This document shows positions 28,021 through 36,822 of a DNA stretch of 52,111 nucleotides, piece by piece. The first letter of the stretch is position 1. Each line of letters starts with the position of its first letter. This DNA is from an uncultured Muribaculaceae bacterium (GTDB taxonomy: Bacteria; Pseudomonadota; Alphaproteobacteria; Rs-D84). Where the stretch lies: assembly GCA_964576135.1 (NCBI GenBank), contig CAZNTZ010000003.1, positions 1 to 52,111 of the forward strand. Reading direction: 5' to 3'. Made by a program: the position numbers and the translations under genes. The notes under the pieces are model-generated. The model was not told where the DNA came from. It saw nothing but the letters and a program-made list of their open reading frames with translations, and ran no database searches.

Positions 28021-28932
28021 TTAAATTTCTAATTTTATTGCTTCTAATTCTGGCACGGTACGTTTTACCAAACCAGTCAAAACATTTCCTGGGCCAACTT
28101 CTACAACCTGGGTTATACCAAGTGCTGGCATTGCGAGTACTGATTCGCGCCAACGAACACCATGTGTGATTTGATAAATTAATGCCTCTATTATTTCTGA
28201 TACATTGGTCATAGGTGCGCAAGTTTTGTTTGAAATCAGCGGAACACTTGGTTCTTTCAATTCTATTTTTGATAACGCATCCGCCATCTCGATCGCGACT
28301 GGTTCCATCAAACGTGAATGTGGTGGCACAGACATCGGCAATAATTTTGCAATCTTTGCACCTGCTTCTTTGGCAATTTCGATTGCACGTTCAATTGTTG
28401 CCTTGGATCCAGAAATAACAATTTGCCCAGGTGAATTATCATTTGCAATGTCGCATACACCGCCTACATCGGCTTCTGCTTTTTTGACAAGTTCTTCGTT
28501 TGTAATATTCATTGTGCCTACAATTGCAGCCATTGCACCCTGACCTACTGGAACGGCGCGTTGCATTGAATCGCCGCGCAAACGCAATAATTTTGCTGTG
28601 TCATAAACTGATAAAGATCCAGCGGCACACAAAGCAGTGTACTCGCCCAAACTGTGTCCGCCAACAAAACTGTAATCCGCAACATTTGAATCACCGATTG
28701 ATTCGGCAACGCGAAGCATAGCCATCGATGTTGCAAAAATTGCTGGCTGAACATTTGCGGTCAATGTTAAATCTTCCATTGGTCCATTAAAAATAATATC
28801 TGATAATTTTTGGTTTAATGCTGAATCAACTTCATCAAAAATTGATTTTGCGATTGCATGATTATCATATAAATTTTTGCCCATGCCGACAACTTGACTG
28901 CCTTGACCTGGGAAAACAATAACTTTTGACAT
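28021..28932 (-). CDS. fabD: Malonyl CoA-ACP transacylase FabD
   Basis: FPGQGSQ and GHSLGEY active-site motifs. 303 aa. Confidence 0.92.
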   Translation of the reverse strand: MSKVIVFPGQGSQVVGMGKNLYDNHAIAKSIFDEVDSALNQKLSDIIFNGPMEDLTLTANVQPAIFATSMAMLRVAESIGDSNVADYSFVGGHSLGEYTALCAAGSLSVYDTAKLLRLRGDSMQRAVPVGQGAMAAIVGTMNITNEELVKKAEADVGGVCDIANDNSPGQIVISGSKATIERAIEIAKEAGAKIAKLLPMSVPPHSRLMEPVAIEMADALSKIELKEPSVPLISNKTCAPMTNVSEIIEALIYQITHGVRWRESVLAMPALGITQVVEVGPGNVLTGLVKRTVPELEAIKLEI

Positions 28933-28956
28933 ATTTTCACCTTTTGTTTTGTGTAA

Positions 28957-29505
28957 TTATACTTTGCGGATTGAAAATTCGCAACCGCAATAATTTTGAC
29001 GATAAAAGCCGGTGTTTTTACCAATTTCACATCGCAAGTTTTCGTCCCAATTTATTGGCAAATAAACAATATTTAAACCCGATTTTTCAATTTCTGTTTT
29101 TGCGGCATCATCAACTTGGGATTGATCTTTGTGTTTAGACACACCAAAAACAGATGCGACAGTGTTGTATCCATTATCGACAGCCCATTTTATTCCAAAA
29201 GCGAATCTGTGACGAAAACATTCTGTGCAGCGACTGCCCCGCTCTGGTTCATTTTCTAATCCGCTTACACATTCCAACCATTTTTCATGTTCCCATTCAG
29301 ATACAAAATATTTTACCCCAATTGATTCGCAGAATTTTATCTGCTCGTTCAATCTTTTTTGATATTCTGCAAATGGAAATATATTTGGATTATAAAACAG
29401 AACGCAGAAATCAGCGCCTTGCCCCTTTAATTCTGTGATTGCCCCGGCGCTGCAAGGCGCACAGCAAGACATTAAAACAATTTTTGATTCATTATTTTTT
29501 AACAT
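28957..29505 (-). CDS. queH: Epoxyqueuosine reductase QueH (DUF208)
   Basis: N-terminal CCAPCS motif, C-terminal CxxC and YRQNYCGCEFS. 182 aa. Confidence 0.8.
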   Translation of the reverse strand: MLKNNESKIVLMSCCAPCSAGAITELKGQGADFCVLFYNPNIFPFAEYQKRLNEQIKFCESIGVKYFVSEWEHEKWLECVSGLENEPERGSRCTECFRHRFAFGIKWAVDNGYNTVASVFGVSKHKDQSQVDDAAKTEIEKSGLNIVYLPINWDENLRCEIGKNTGFYRQNYCGCEFSIRKV

Positions 29506-31189
29506 ATTTTGCTGTCATTTCGGCAATTTTATCATCATCAATTCGTGTGAACAGATTTTCTGGAACATAAAATTTTGTTTCTTCTGAAATTTTATGTTCG
29601 TATTGGTTTGGCCAACTAAAATCTTTACCATAAGATTCAATATTTAAATCATCTGTGGTTTTAGTATAATGGAAAATACGATTTATTCTAAGAGCAGTGT
29701 ATGGTATAAAAGGTTCCGAAATTCTTGAATAAAATGCTATTAATTGAAAACATTCATTCAATATCGCGCCTGCACCATCCAGGTCACTGTTTTTAATCAA
29801 TGTCCATGGTTCAGTCTTGGTCAGAAATTCATTTCCAATTGTCCAAAGTTCACGCAGAGCAGTTATTGATTTTCTGAATTCACATGCTTCTAATGCTTGT
29901 GTCAGTTCGTTTAATTTTGGATTTATTTGTTCTGCTAGATTAAATGAATTTGTCTTTGCAGCTTGTGGAATTGTATTACCAAAATTTTTATCGGTCAGTT
30001 TGGTCACACGTGAAACAAAATTTCCCAATATTCCGTTTAAATCTTTATTTACAATTTCTGCGAATCTTTGGATTGTGAAATCTGTGTCGTCCGTTTCTGG
30101 TGCAGACGCCAACAATGAATATCGCCAAGCATCACTGGGCGCATCATCTATTGCATCTTGCAAGAATATACCCCTGCCCTCTGACTTTGAAAATTTTCCA
30201 CCTTCGAAATTCAAAAAGCTTAACCCTTTGAGCATATCAACAGTTTTCCAATTGTCATTCAAAGCCAATTGTTGTTCCGGAAAAAATACTGAATGAAATT
30301 TTACATTATCTTTGCCCATAAATTGTGCATAGTGGCAATTATCTGGGTTTTTCCACCAATCTGCCCAATTTGGTGTTGCGGCTTGGGAAATTGAAACATA
30401 TCCCCATGGCGCATCAAACCATACATAAAATACTTTGTTTTCATATCCTGGTTTGTTTACTGGTATTCCCCATGGTAAGTCGCGTGTAATAGAAGTATCA
30501 CGCAATCCTTCGTTTGCCCAACCTTTTGCGATATCGCGTGCATATTTTGACCAGTGTGGTGCATGTTGTTCAAGCCAATCTTTCCATTGATTTTCAACCT
30601 TTGACGCCAGAAAGAATAAATTTTTTGTTGGGCGCATTTCAACTGGGCCACCAGTTACGGCACTTTTTGGATTCAAAAGTTCGTGCGCTTCGTACGAAGT
30701 GCTGCATTTATCGCATTGATCGCCGCGTGCTTTGTCATATCCGCATTTTGGACATGTTCCGATAAGTTGTCTGTCGGCAAGAAACATGTTGTCTGTTATT
30801 CCAAAAGGTTGAATTGTTTCACGTTCTTCGATCAGTCCCAGTGAATCCAAACGTGTGAATAAACCTTGGATCAGTTTTTCTTGTAATTCTGTATGTGTAC
30901 GTCCGTATAAATCAAAAGATAGATTGAAATCACTGACAGATTTCAAATGTTTTTTTAGATATTTATTATTGTATTCCAATACTGGCATATTTTCAGCAGC
31001 AGCACCAACTATCGCAGGGGTGCCGTGTTCATCAGCCCCGCATACAAATAATACATTTTCTGCGCTATATTTCGCACGGCAAAAACGCGCATAAACATCG
31101 GATGGTAAATAACATCCAACCAGATGTCCCAGATGAAGTTCGCCATTCACATACGGCAATGCGCTGGTTATCAAATACTTTTTCTGCAT
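29492..31189 (-). CDS. metG: Methionine--tRNA ligase
   Basis: ITSALPYVNGELHLGHL (HIGH), a zinc knuckle CPKCG...CDKC, and KFSKSEGRG (KMSKS). I prefer the ATG at 31189, preceded by AAAGGA, over the TTG at 31210. Confidence 0.92.
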   Translation of the reverse strand: MQKKYLITSALPYVNGELHLGHLVGCYLPSDVYARFCRAKYSAENVLFVCGADEHGTPAIVGAAAENMPVLEYNNKYLKKHLKSVSDFNLSFDLYGRTHTELQEKLIQGLFTRLDSLGLIEERETIQPFGITDNMFLADRQLIGTCPKCGYDKARGDQCDKCSTSYEAHELLNPKSAVTGGPVEMRPTKNLFFLASKVENQWKDWLEQHAPHWSKYARDIAKGWANEGLRDTSITRDLPWGIPVNKPGYENKVFYVWFDAPWGYVSISQAATPNWADWWKNPDNCHYAQFMGKDNVKFHSVFFPEQQLALNDNWKTVDMLKGLSFLNFEGGKFSKSEGRGIFLQDAIDDAPSDAWRYSLLASAPETDDTDFTIQRFAEIVNKDLNGILGNFVSRVTKLTDKNFGNTIPQAAKTNSFNLAEQINPKLNELTQALEACEFRKSITALRELWTIGNEFLTKTEPWTLIKNSDLDGAGAILNECFQLIAFYSRISEPFIPYTALRINRIFHYTKTTDDLNIESYGKDFSWPNQYEHKISEETKFYVPENLFTRIDDDKIAEMTAKYVKK

Positions 31190-31319
31190 TAAAAAATCCT
31201 TTTGAGTCAAAGTTTAAAGTGGAAAGTTCAAAGTGTAAAGGAAAAATAAAGAATTTATGCGCGGGTGCGCATCATGAATACAGAATAAAATGCAATGTCA
31301 TAAATCATAATTATTAAAA

Positions 31320-31396
31320 TGGTGGGCGGTAATGGACTCGAACCATCGACCTTTACGATGTCAACGTAACGCTCTAACCAACTGAGCTAACCGCCC
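31320..31396 (-). tRNA. tRNA-Val (anticodon GAC), CCA encoded
   Basis: The reverse complement GGGCGGTTAGCTCAGTTGGTTAGAGCGTTACGTTGACATCGTAAAGGTCGATGGTTCGAGTCCATTACCGCCCACCA folds as a canonical cloverleaf. Confidence 0.9.
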
Positions 31397-31411
31397 TGAA
31401 TTTTTTGTTTC

Positions 31412-31463
31412 ATACTTCTAGGATGACAACTTTGCTCACTCTAACCATCAAAGCTGACCGCCA
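31412..31463 (-). pseudogene. Decayed partial copy of tRNA-Val directly upstream of the intact gene
   Basis: The minus strand TGGCGGTCAGCTTTGATGGTTAGAGTGAGCAAAGTTGTCATCCTAGAAG aligns with the 5' acceptor, D-arm and anticodon-arm of the neighbouring tRNA-Val. There are many mismatches and no T-arm or 3' acceptor. Confidence 0.5.
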
Positions 31464-31533
31464 GGTTCCGCCGATTATAACAAGTTTTTTATTCCTTGCA
31501 ACAAAAAATAAATTAAATAGATTTTATTTCATG

Positions 31534-31557
31534 TAAAAAAACTGGCAATTATGCCAG
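31534..31557 (-). terminator. Rho-independent terminator downstream of infC
   Basis: The minus strand reads ACTGGCA-UAAU-UGCCAGU followed by a U-run. Confidence 0.75.
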
Positions 31558-31561
31558 TTTG

Positions 31562-32107
31562 TTATTTCGCTGGTGCAACGATGATCGATTTTGTTCTCTC
31601 ATCAGGTTTTGATTTAGAATCAAGTATACCTTTGTCACCGATAAGTTCAACGATTTTTGCAAACAGTTCTGGTACAGCGTCACGTCCACGTGCGAGCACT
31701 TTCTTACTACCACGAGTCATAACTGCAATTTTTACTTTGCTGCCCTCTCCTAGGAATTCGAAAACTTTCTTCATTTTAATATTTAAATCATTTTCTTCGA
31801 TAAATGGTTTTACCCATACCTCTTTCAATTCAGACGCTTTTTGATTTTTACGTTGTTCTGAGGCTTTCTTTTTCTGTTCGTATTTGAATTTTCCATAATC
31901 CATGATTTTTACAATCGGTGGAATATTTGTAGCATTGATTTCGACAAGATCAAACCCGGCATCAACCGCCATTTGGAGTGCTTGGGCTGTTGGCATTACA
32001 CCGCGATTTTGACCGCTTTCGTCAATTAACTGAACTGATTTTGCAAAAATGCGGCCGTTCATACGCGGGCCAAGTTCACGTGCTTTTGTGGTATTAAAGT
32101 TTGCGAT
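31562..32107 (-). CDS. infC: Translation initiation factor IF-3 with a non-AUG start (ATC at 32107 or ATT at 32113)
   Basis: The ORF-track ATG at 32062 falls inside the conserved N-terminal motif (..GPRMNGRI.. aligns with E. coli ..RPNRINGEI..). The frame stays open upstream through ATT-ACT-ATC. AGGAG directly abuts the ATT and lies 6 nt before the ATC. Confidence 0.85.
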   Translation of the reverse strand: MANFNTTKARELGPRMNGRIFAKSVQLIDESGQNRGVMPTAQALQMAVDAGFDLVEINATNIPPIVKIMDYGKFKYEQKKKASEQRKNQKASELKEVWVKPFIEENDLNIKMKKVFEFLGEGSKVKIAVMTRGSKKVLARGRDAVPELFAKIVELIGDKGILDSKSKPDERTKSIIVAPAK

Positions 32108-32153
32108 AGTAATCTCCTGTGTTTTGTTACTTCTGCGAGTATTCTAATAGTTT

Positions 32154-32879
32154 CTATAAAATTTTCAACAATTTTTGTAACTCTTCCCAGGCTGGTTTTT
32201 TAGCTTCTGGTTTCAAAAGAAGATAATTTGGGTGATTGATTGAAAATATTTCAATTTCTTCGTCACAATCAAAACTTTGAATTTCTTCTTTGGCAAGAGT
32301 TCCAAGTGTTAAAATGGCACGTGGTTTAAAAATTTCGATTATACGTAAAACAAAGGGTCTTGATATTTCGAGTTCTTCGCCCGTTGGGGTTCGCCCACCT
32401 GGTGTGCGCCAAAATAAAAGTGGGCAAATCAGAGTGTTTTCACGGGCTATGCCCATAGCAGTTAATATTTTGTCGAATAAATCCCCTGCTTCGCCAGATA
32501 AAATAATGCCAGAATCATCGTCATTTGTTGATGGAATATCAGTTATTATCAAAAGTTTAGAATTTTCATTTGTTGGTTTACTTGGTAAAACGGTTTGCTT
32601 TGCAAATTGTTTCAATGGATGTTCAAAATTTAATATTGCGTCGACAAGTGTGTCTATATCAGTTGAAATATTCGCCTTGGATTCTGCTTCTGCTAAGGCT
32701 TTATCTTTGTTTAATGGTTGTATTGGTGGAACAATAGAATGATTATTTGAAAAAGAAATTTTTGTATTTATTGTTTCGGACGATTTTGGTTCTTTTCTTT
32801 TTGTTTCTGATTTAGTTTTTACTTCTTCTAATTCCCATTTAACCCCGGCCAGGATTAAATCCACAATGTCAGTATTCAT
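32154..32879 (-). CDS. Uracil-DNA glycosylase family 4-like protein with an N-terminal extension
   Basis: The C-terminal domain LIITDIPSTNDDDSG...SGEAGDLFDKIL..MG...........WRTPGGRTP matches family-4 UDG / phage-type DNA polymerase-associated UDG. The longer ORF-track start (33044) would overlap pal, so I chose the ATG at 32879. Confidence 0.7.
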   Translation of the reverse strand: MNTDIVDLILAGVKWELEEVKTKSETKRKEPKSSETINTKISFSNNHSIVPPIQPLNKDKALAEAESKANISTDIDTLVDAILNFEHPLKQFAKQTVLPSKPTNENSKLLIITDIPSTNDDDSGIILSGEAGDLFDKILTAMGIARENTLICPLLFWRTPGGRTPTGEELEISRPFVLRIIEIFKPRAILTLGTLAKEEIQSFDCDEEIEIFSINHPNYLLLKPEAKKPAWEELQKLLKIL

Positions 32880-32955
32880 AAGATTTTTCCTTGATTTTAT
32901 CAATATATTTCTATAAAATACAACGTGAACAATGAAAATACAAGGGAGTATTTCA

Positions 32956-33372
32956 ATGAAACTGCAAAACTTAGCAATGTTACTGGCTGCCACGGGTCTC
33001 CTGGCTGCTTGCGGTTCTAACAAAATAGTTGAACCATCTGACATGAATGGCCAAAAGGTTTTCTTTGCTTATGATTCCTCGGAAATTTCCGAAGATGCAC
33101 GCAATAACCTGTTGGGACAATCATTGTATATGAAAAACCATGCAGACACAAAAATCCAGGTTGCTGGAAATTGTGACGAACGTGGAACAACAGAATACAA
33201 CTTGGCTTTGGGTCAACGTCGCGCAAGCGCCGCTAAATCCGTTATTGTCAAAGATGGTGTAGATGCAAAACGTATCTCTACCATTTCTTATGGCAAAGAA
33301 CGTCCAGCTGTCCAAGGTACTGGCGAAGAAGTATGGTCTCAGAACCGTAATGCAACAACATCTGTGAAATAA
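32956..33372 (+). CDS. pal: Peptidoglycan-associated lipoprotein Pal (OmpA-like domain)
   Basis: Lipobox LLAAC|GS, an OmpA-like domain (VFFAYDSSEI...GNCDERGTTEYNLALGQRRA), and a C-terminal NRNA motif. I chose the ATG at 32956 (MKLQNLAML). Confidence 0.88.
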   Translation: MKLQNLAMLLAATGLLAACGSNKIVEPSDMNGQKVFFAYDSSEISEDARNNLLGQSLYMKNHADTKIQVAGNCDERGTTEYNLALGQRRASAAKSVIVKDGVDAKRISTISYGKERPAVQGTGEEVWSQNRNATTSVK

Positions 33373-33390
33373 GTACTGTTGTTAGAAATT

Positions 33391-33415
33391 AAAACCCGCC
33401 AATCGGCGGGTTTTT
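33391..33415 (+). terminator. Rho-independent terminator after pal
   Basis: CCCGCC-AATC-GGCGGG followed by T5. Confidence 0.85.
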
Positions 33416-33478
33416 ATAATTGTTTAATTTCATATACTATTTAATATATCAATTCTTTTATACTTTAGTTATGTAATT

Positions 33479-33709
33479 TTATACGTAAAATAATTCAAGA
33501 ATAAAACCAATCAACGAAAGAAAAAGACCCAATGTTTCTATTGGTGTATCGTGAGTGGCTTTATAAATAGCTAGACGGAATTTGTTCATTTTTTCTCGTT
33601 TTGCGAATTCATCAAAAGTTCCTTCATTATCATATATAGATGCAGAGAATAAGGGGTATGCCATTAGAATTATCCCTAAAAATTGTAAGATTTTTGCAAT
33701 TATCATCAT
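33479..33709 (-). CDS. Hypothetical small membrane protein (two predicted TM helices)
   Basis: 76-aa ORF in an otherwise non-coding AT-rich stretch. I recognise no similarity, and coding status is uncertain. Confidence 0.3.
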   Translation of the reverse strand: MMIIAKILQFLGIILMAYPLFSASIYDNEGTFDEFAKREKMNKFRLAIYKATHDTPIETLGLFLSLIGFILELFYV

Positions 33710-34251
33710 AATAACACTTATTACATTTTAGTTTTTTGTAAAAAAACAAGAATAGATGTATTCTCCAATTCTTTAAATCTGATTAATTTATTATCAATCA
33801 TATTTGTGATGCCAAATAGAAATGGTGGCAACAAAAGTAGCAAATAAATCAGCATTTATGAAACCTTTGCGGAGATCTTAGCATAATATTATAAAATGTA
33901 AAGAATTCTGTGCAAAAATAGGGCGATTTTTGACCATGAAAATGCGGCAATAAACACCTGTTTAATAATTGATAAAATTATCAATATTTATTATATATCC
34001 CAGAAATCCGGGTTTTTTGGCGGGGTATTCTTTATGTGCAAATTCCTGAAATTAAAATCACTGATGCAAATTTTGGCGTTCGTGATTTTGTTTATAATTT
34101 ATATATCATTGCGCTTTGGATTGTTGCACAATTTTTCATACCTTGGCAAGCAAAAATTATATAAAAAACGATTCGTTTTATTGGATGATTTTATTCACAT
34201 AAAATTTAAAGTTAATAATAAAAATCGAATTAAAAATTATATGAATAAAAA

Positions 34252-35151
34252 TTAATTTATGAAACTTGCAACATATTCCAGTGTTGGCATTTTAATTTTG
34301 ACAGTTTCGCTACGTTTTAATACACCACGAATTGCGGTGATACCTTCTACGGTTACTTTATTATCAATTTTTTCAGTGTTTGCGATTGTTATGCCAGCAG
34401 AAAAGTTTCGACTGGTCGCACTGGTTGCAGACAGAAACAAATCTCCTAACCCAGCAAGTGACAAGAATGTTTTAGCGTCAGCGCCCATTTGTAAACCAAA
34501 TTTTACAATTTCACCCCAAGCAAGTGTCAGTTTTAATGCTTTTTCGTTCTCTCCACCGGCCTTTTTACTGTAAAATCCAGCCAATATAGCCACTGCATTC
34601 TTACCAACCCCGCAGATTTCTGTGCCAATTATATCATCCGATTCTTCGAGATAAAGATTTGATAGTGCAATTTTTCCGGTTTTTTTAACGATTTCTGGGC
34701 CAGCAATTGTGCTGCCTGTTGGAACGCCAAGTGCGACCTCTCTGGCAAATTGTGGGCCAGATAAAACACCAAAATGCCCAATTGCTGATGGGATTTCTTC
34801 GTTTAAAATTTCTGACATAAATTTATACGTATTTGGTTCCATACCTTTGGTGCATATTATTATCGGTTGCTCATTCCAAATTTCTTTAAAAGTTTTAATT
34901 GTTTCTCTGAAAAACGCTGCGGGAACAACGATAAGCCATGCTTCGGTATTAATCAAATCTTCGGCAGTTGATGTCGCAACAATGTTTTTTGGGAAAATAA
35001 CATCGGGTAGGGCTGTAATAGAGTGTTTTGTATTTATTTCGTCAGTATTTTTTTGATCGTATGACCATAAAACAATTGAATTACCGCAATTTGCAGAGCT
35101 TATAGACAGAGCGCTTCCCCATGCGCCAGCACCAATTATACCTAGTTTCAT
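34252..35151 (-). CDS. gpsA: NAD(P)H-dependent glycerol-3-phosphate dehydrogenase
   Basis: MKLGIIGAGAWGSAL Rossmann start and GLGDL...S..SRN motifs. 299 aa. Confidence 0.9.
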   Translation of the reverse strand: MKLGIIGAGAWGSALSISSANCGNSIVLWSYDQKNTDEINTKHSITALPDVIFPKNIVATSTAEDLINTEAWLIVVPAAFFRETIKTFKEIWNEQPIIICTKGMEPNTYKFMSEILNEEIPSAIGHFGVLSGPQFAREVALGVPTGSTIAGPEIVKKTGKIALSNLYLEESDDIIGTEICGVGKNAVAILAGFYSKKAGGENEKALKLTLAWGEIVKFGLQMGADAKTFLSLAGLGDLFLSATSATSRNFSAGITIANTEKIDNKVTVEGITAIRGVLKRSETVKIKMPTLEYVASFIN

Positions 35152-36788
35152 TTCAAATCCTGGAGTTTTTTATCAATCAGGGGTGCACTTACCAATCCAT
35201 CTTCGGAAAGATTCAATGCCATTTTATACGCTTCTTTTGCTTTTTCTTTTTTACCAAGGTCAGCGTATATGTCACCAATATGTTCAAATAATGATGAACA
35301 GGTAATTGCAATTTTTGCAACGCGTTCATAAACTTCAAGTGCGGCTTTGTCACCTTCGGAGGCTTGTACAGCAAGTCCCAGAGTGTCCCAATATTCCAGA
35401 TCACTAGGATATTTCTTTATCAGTGCGATTGCATATGTATATGCTTGGTTCAAATTATCACCACGTGCAATCCAAATGCGCGCCTGTACATTCATAAGCC
35501 CCGCATCATTAGGTGTAAGTTTTAATGCCTCAAAGATGTCTTTTTGTGCTTTATCAAGTTCATTTTGGCGCAAATAAACTCCTGCACGAGTTTTTAGTAT
35601 AAACGATCTGCCACCATCTATCAGTTTGTTGTTTTTTAATGTTCTGTCTATGACTTCGAGAGCTTTGTCATTTTGTCCGCCTTGTAAATTTTTTGAAACA
35701 AGTTTTGTGACAGCCGGCATAAATAGTGAATTATCACGGGTGATAGATTCAAGTTTTTTTATAATTTCGTTGTAATTTCCGGTGTTTTCTGCAAATTTCA
35801 TAAGAACGAACGGATAAAACGGACTTTGTTTTGGAATCATATCAAAGTAAGTTTTCCAATATTTGCCACCTGTGGCATAAAAATAATTTCCAATATAATA
35901 ATTGATGGCTATACCCATGTTGCCATCAAGTTTATTATCAAGCGCATACGAAGCAATACGAAGCATTATAATTGATATATCTCTGTCGCCCAATGCTTGG
36001 CTGTGTGATACTGATTGTAACAAACCAAAAGCAAGGTTTGCCCCATTTCCTTTGTATTCTGCGAAATCAGGATCAAGTTTGTATTCAAGAGTAAAAATTC
36101 CACCAGGACGAGATGTAAAATCATTTTGAAGATTTTTTAATTTTTCTAGCATATTTGCATGCTTATAAAAAGCCAACAAATACATATAATCATTAAGATT
36201 GATAAAATCTGGGGAAACTTTGGCAAATTGCTCTGCGGCTTTGTCGAATTGATCTTCATTTGCATAAATTTGACCTGTAACAAATGATTTCCATGATTCA
36301 TTCACAGTCAATTTTTTAACAAAAGCAAAAGTTTCTTGGGTTTTGCCGACTGCAACACCAGACCAAATTCGGATTGGTGCAAAAAATGGCGATTCGTCTT
36401 TCTTTGAAATTTCATAAAGTTTTTTCCAATCACCAATCTGGGCGAGCCTTGCCTGATAAATCATGCGATTAGAAAAATTCATATCATTTTTTACAGAATC
36501 CGCATCTGTTATACTTTTACCAGATAAAAAGTTAGCCAATAATCTGTCTGTTTTGTCATCGGTTTTACTCAGAAATTTGGCAGCTGAATCAAAATCATTC
36601 ACATATATTGCATGCTGGGCAGCCAGGTAATTACCAAATTTAGAATCCTGGAAGTTAACTAAACGTTCAGGTGGATTGTATAATCCAACAAAATTATAGA
36701 TAATTGCTGAGATACCAACAAAGGCCGCAAAAAATGCTGCGCTCAGGTATACACCAGATGTTTTTATAGATGGTTTTACATTATTCAT
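35148..36788 (-). CDS. Membrane-anchored tetratricopeptide-repeat protein
   Basis: 546 aa with an N-terminal TM helix and several TPR-like repeats toward the C-terminus (..A..Y..AL.L.P.D...). It overlaps the gpsA start by 4 nt. Confidence 0.65.
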   Translation of the reverse strand: MNNVKPSIKTSGVYLSAAFFAAFVGISAIIYNFVGLYNPPERLVNFQDSKFGNYLAAQHAIYVNDFDSAAKFLSKTDDKTDRLLANFLSGKSITDADSVKNDMNFSNRMIYQARLAQIGDWKKLYEISKKDESPFFAPIRIWSGVAVGKTQETFAFVKKLTVNESWKSFVTGQIYANEDQFDKAAEQFAKVSPDFINLNDYMYLLAFYKHANMLEKLKNLQNDFTSRPGGIFTLEYKLDPDFAEYKGNGANLAFGLLQSVSHSQALGDRDISIIMLRIASYALDNKLDGNMGIAINYYIGNYFYATGGKYWKTYFDMIPKQSPFYPFVLMKFAENTGNYNEIIKKLESITRDNSLFMPAVTKLVSKNLQGGQNDKALEVIDRTLKNNKLIDGGRSFILKTRAGVYLRQNELDKAQKDIFEALKLTPNDAGLMNVQARIWIARGDNLNQAYTYAIALIKKYPSDLEYWDTLGLAVQASEGDKAALEVYERVAKIAITCSSLFEHIGDIYADLGKKEKAKEAYKMALNLSEDGLVSAPLIDKKLQDLK

Positions 36789-36822
36789 AACAAATGGTAT
36801 ACTAGCCTAAAATGGTGTCAAA

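Noticed and set aside
31255-31308. 17-codon minus-strand ORF (MIYDIAFYSVFMMRTRA) between tRNA-Val and metG. Its two adjacent Met codons overlap the 5' arm of a hairpin ATGCGC-ACCC-GCGCAT. This would be a tempting Met-sensing leader analogous to the ileS one.
   Set aside because: Only two Met codons are present. The hairpin is followed by an interrupted U-tract and is more simply the terminator of tRNA-Val. A plausible separate metG promoter (TTTACA-17 nt-TAAACT) lies downstream of it. The ORF starts just 12 nt after the tRNA 3' end and has no Shine-Dalgarno.
32880-33044. The long ORF-track start for the UDG-family gene (33044) and the long start for pal (32932) would make the two divergent genes overlap by over 100 nt.
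   Set aside because: The extended N-termini have no recognisable features. Internal ATGs at 32879 (UDG) and 32956 (pal, giving a proper lipoprotein signal peptide) remove the overlap.
34034-34255. 73-aa + strand ORF (MCKFLKLKSL...) at the end of the AT-rich gap, overlapping the gpsA stop.
   Set aside because: Its Lys/Asn/Ile-rich composition is what AT-rich non-coding DNA gives. It has no Shine-Dalgarno, recognisable motif or neighbour context, so I treat it as non-coding.
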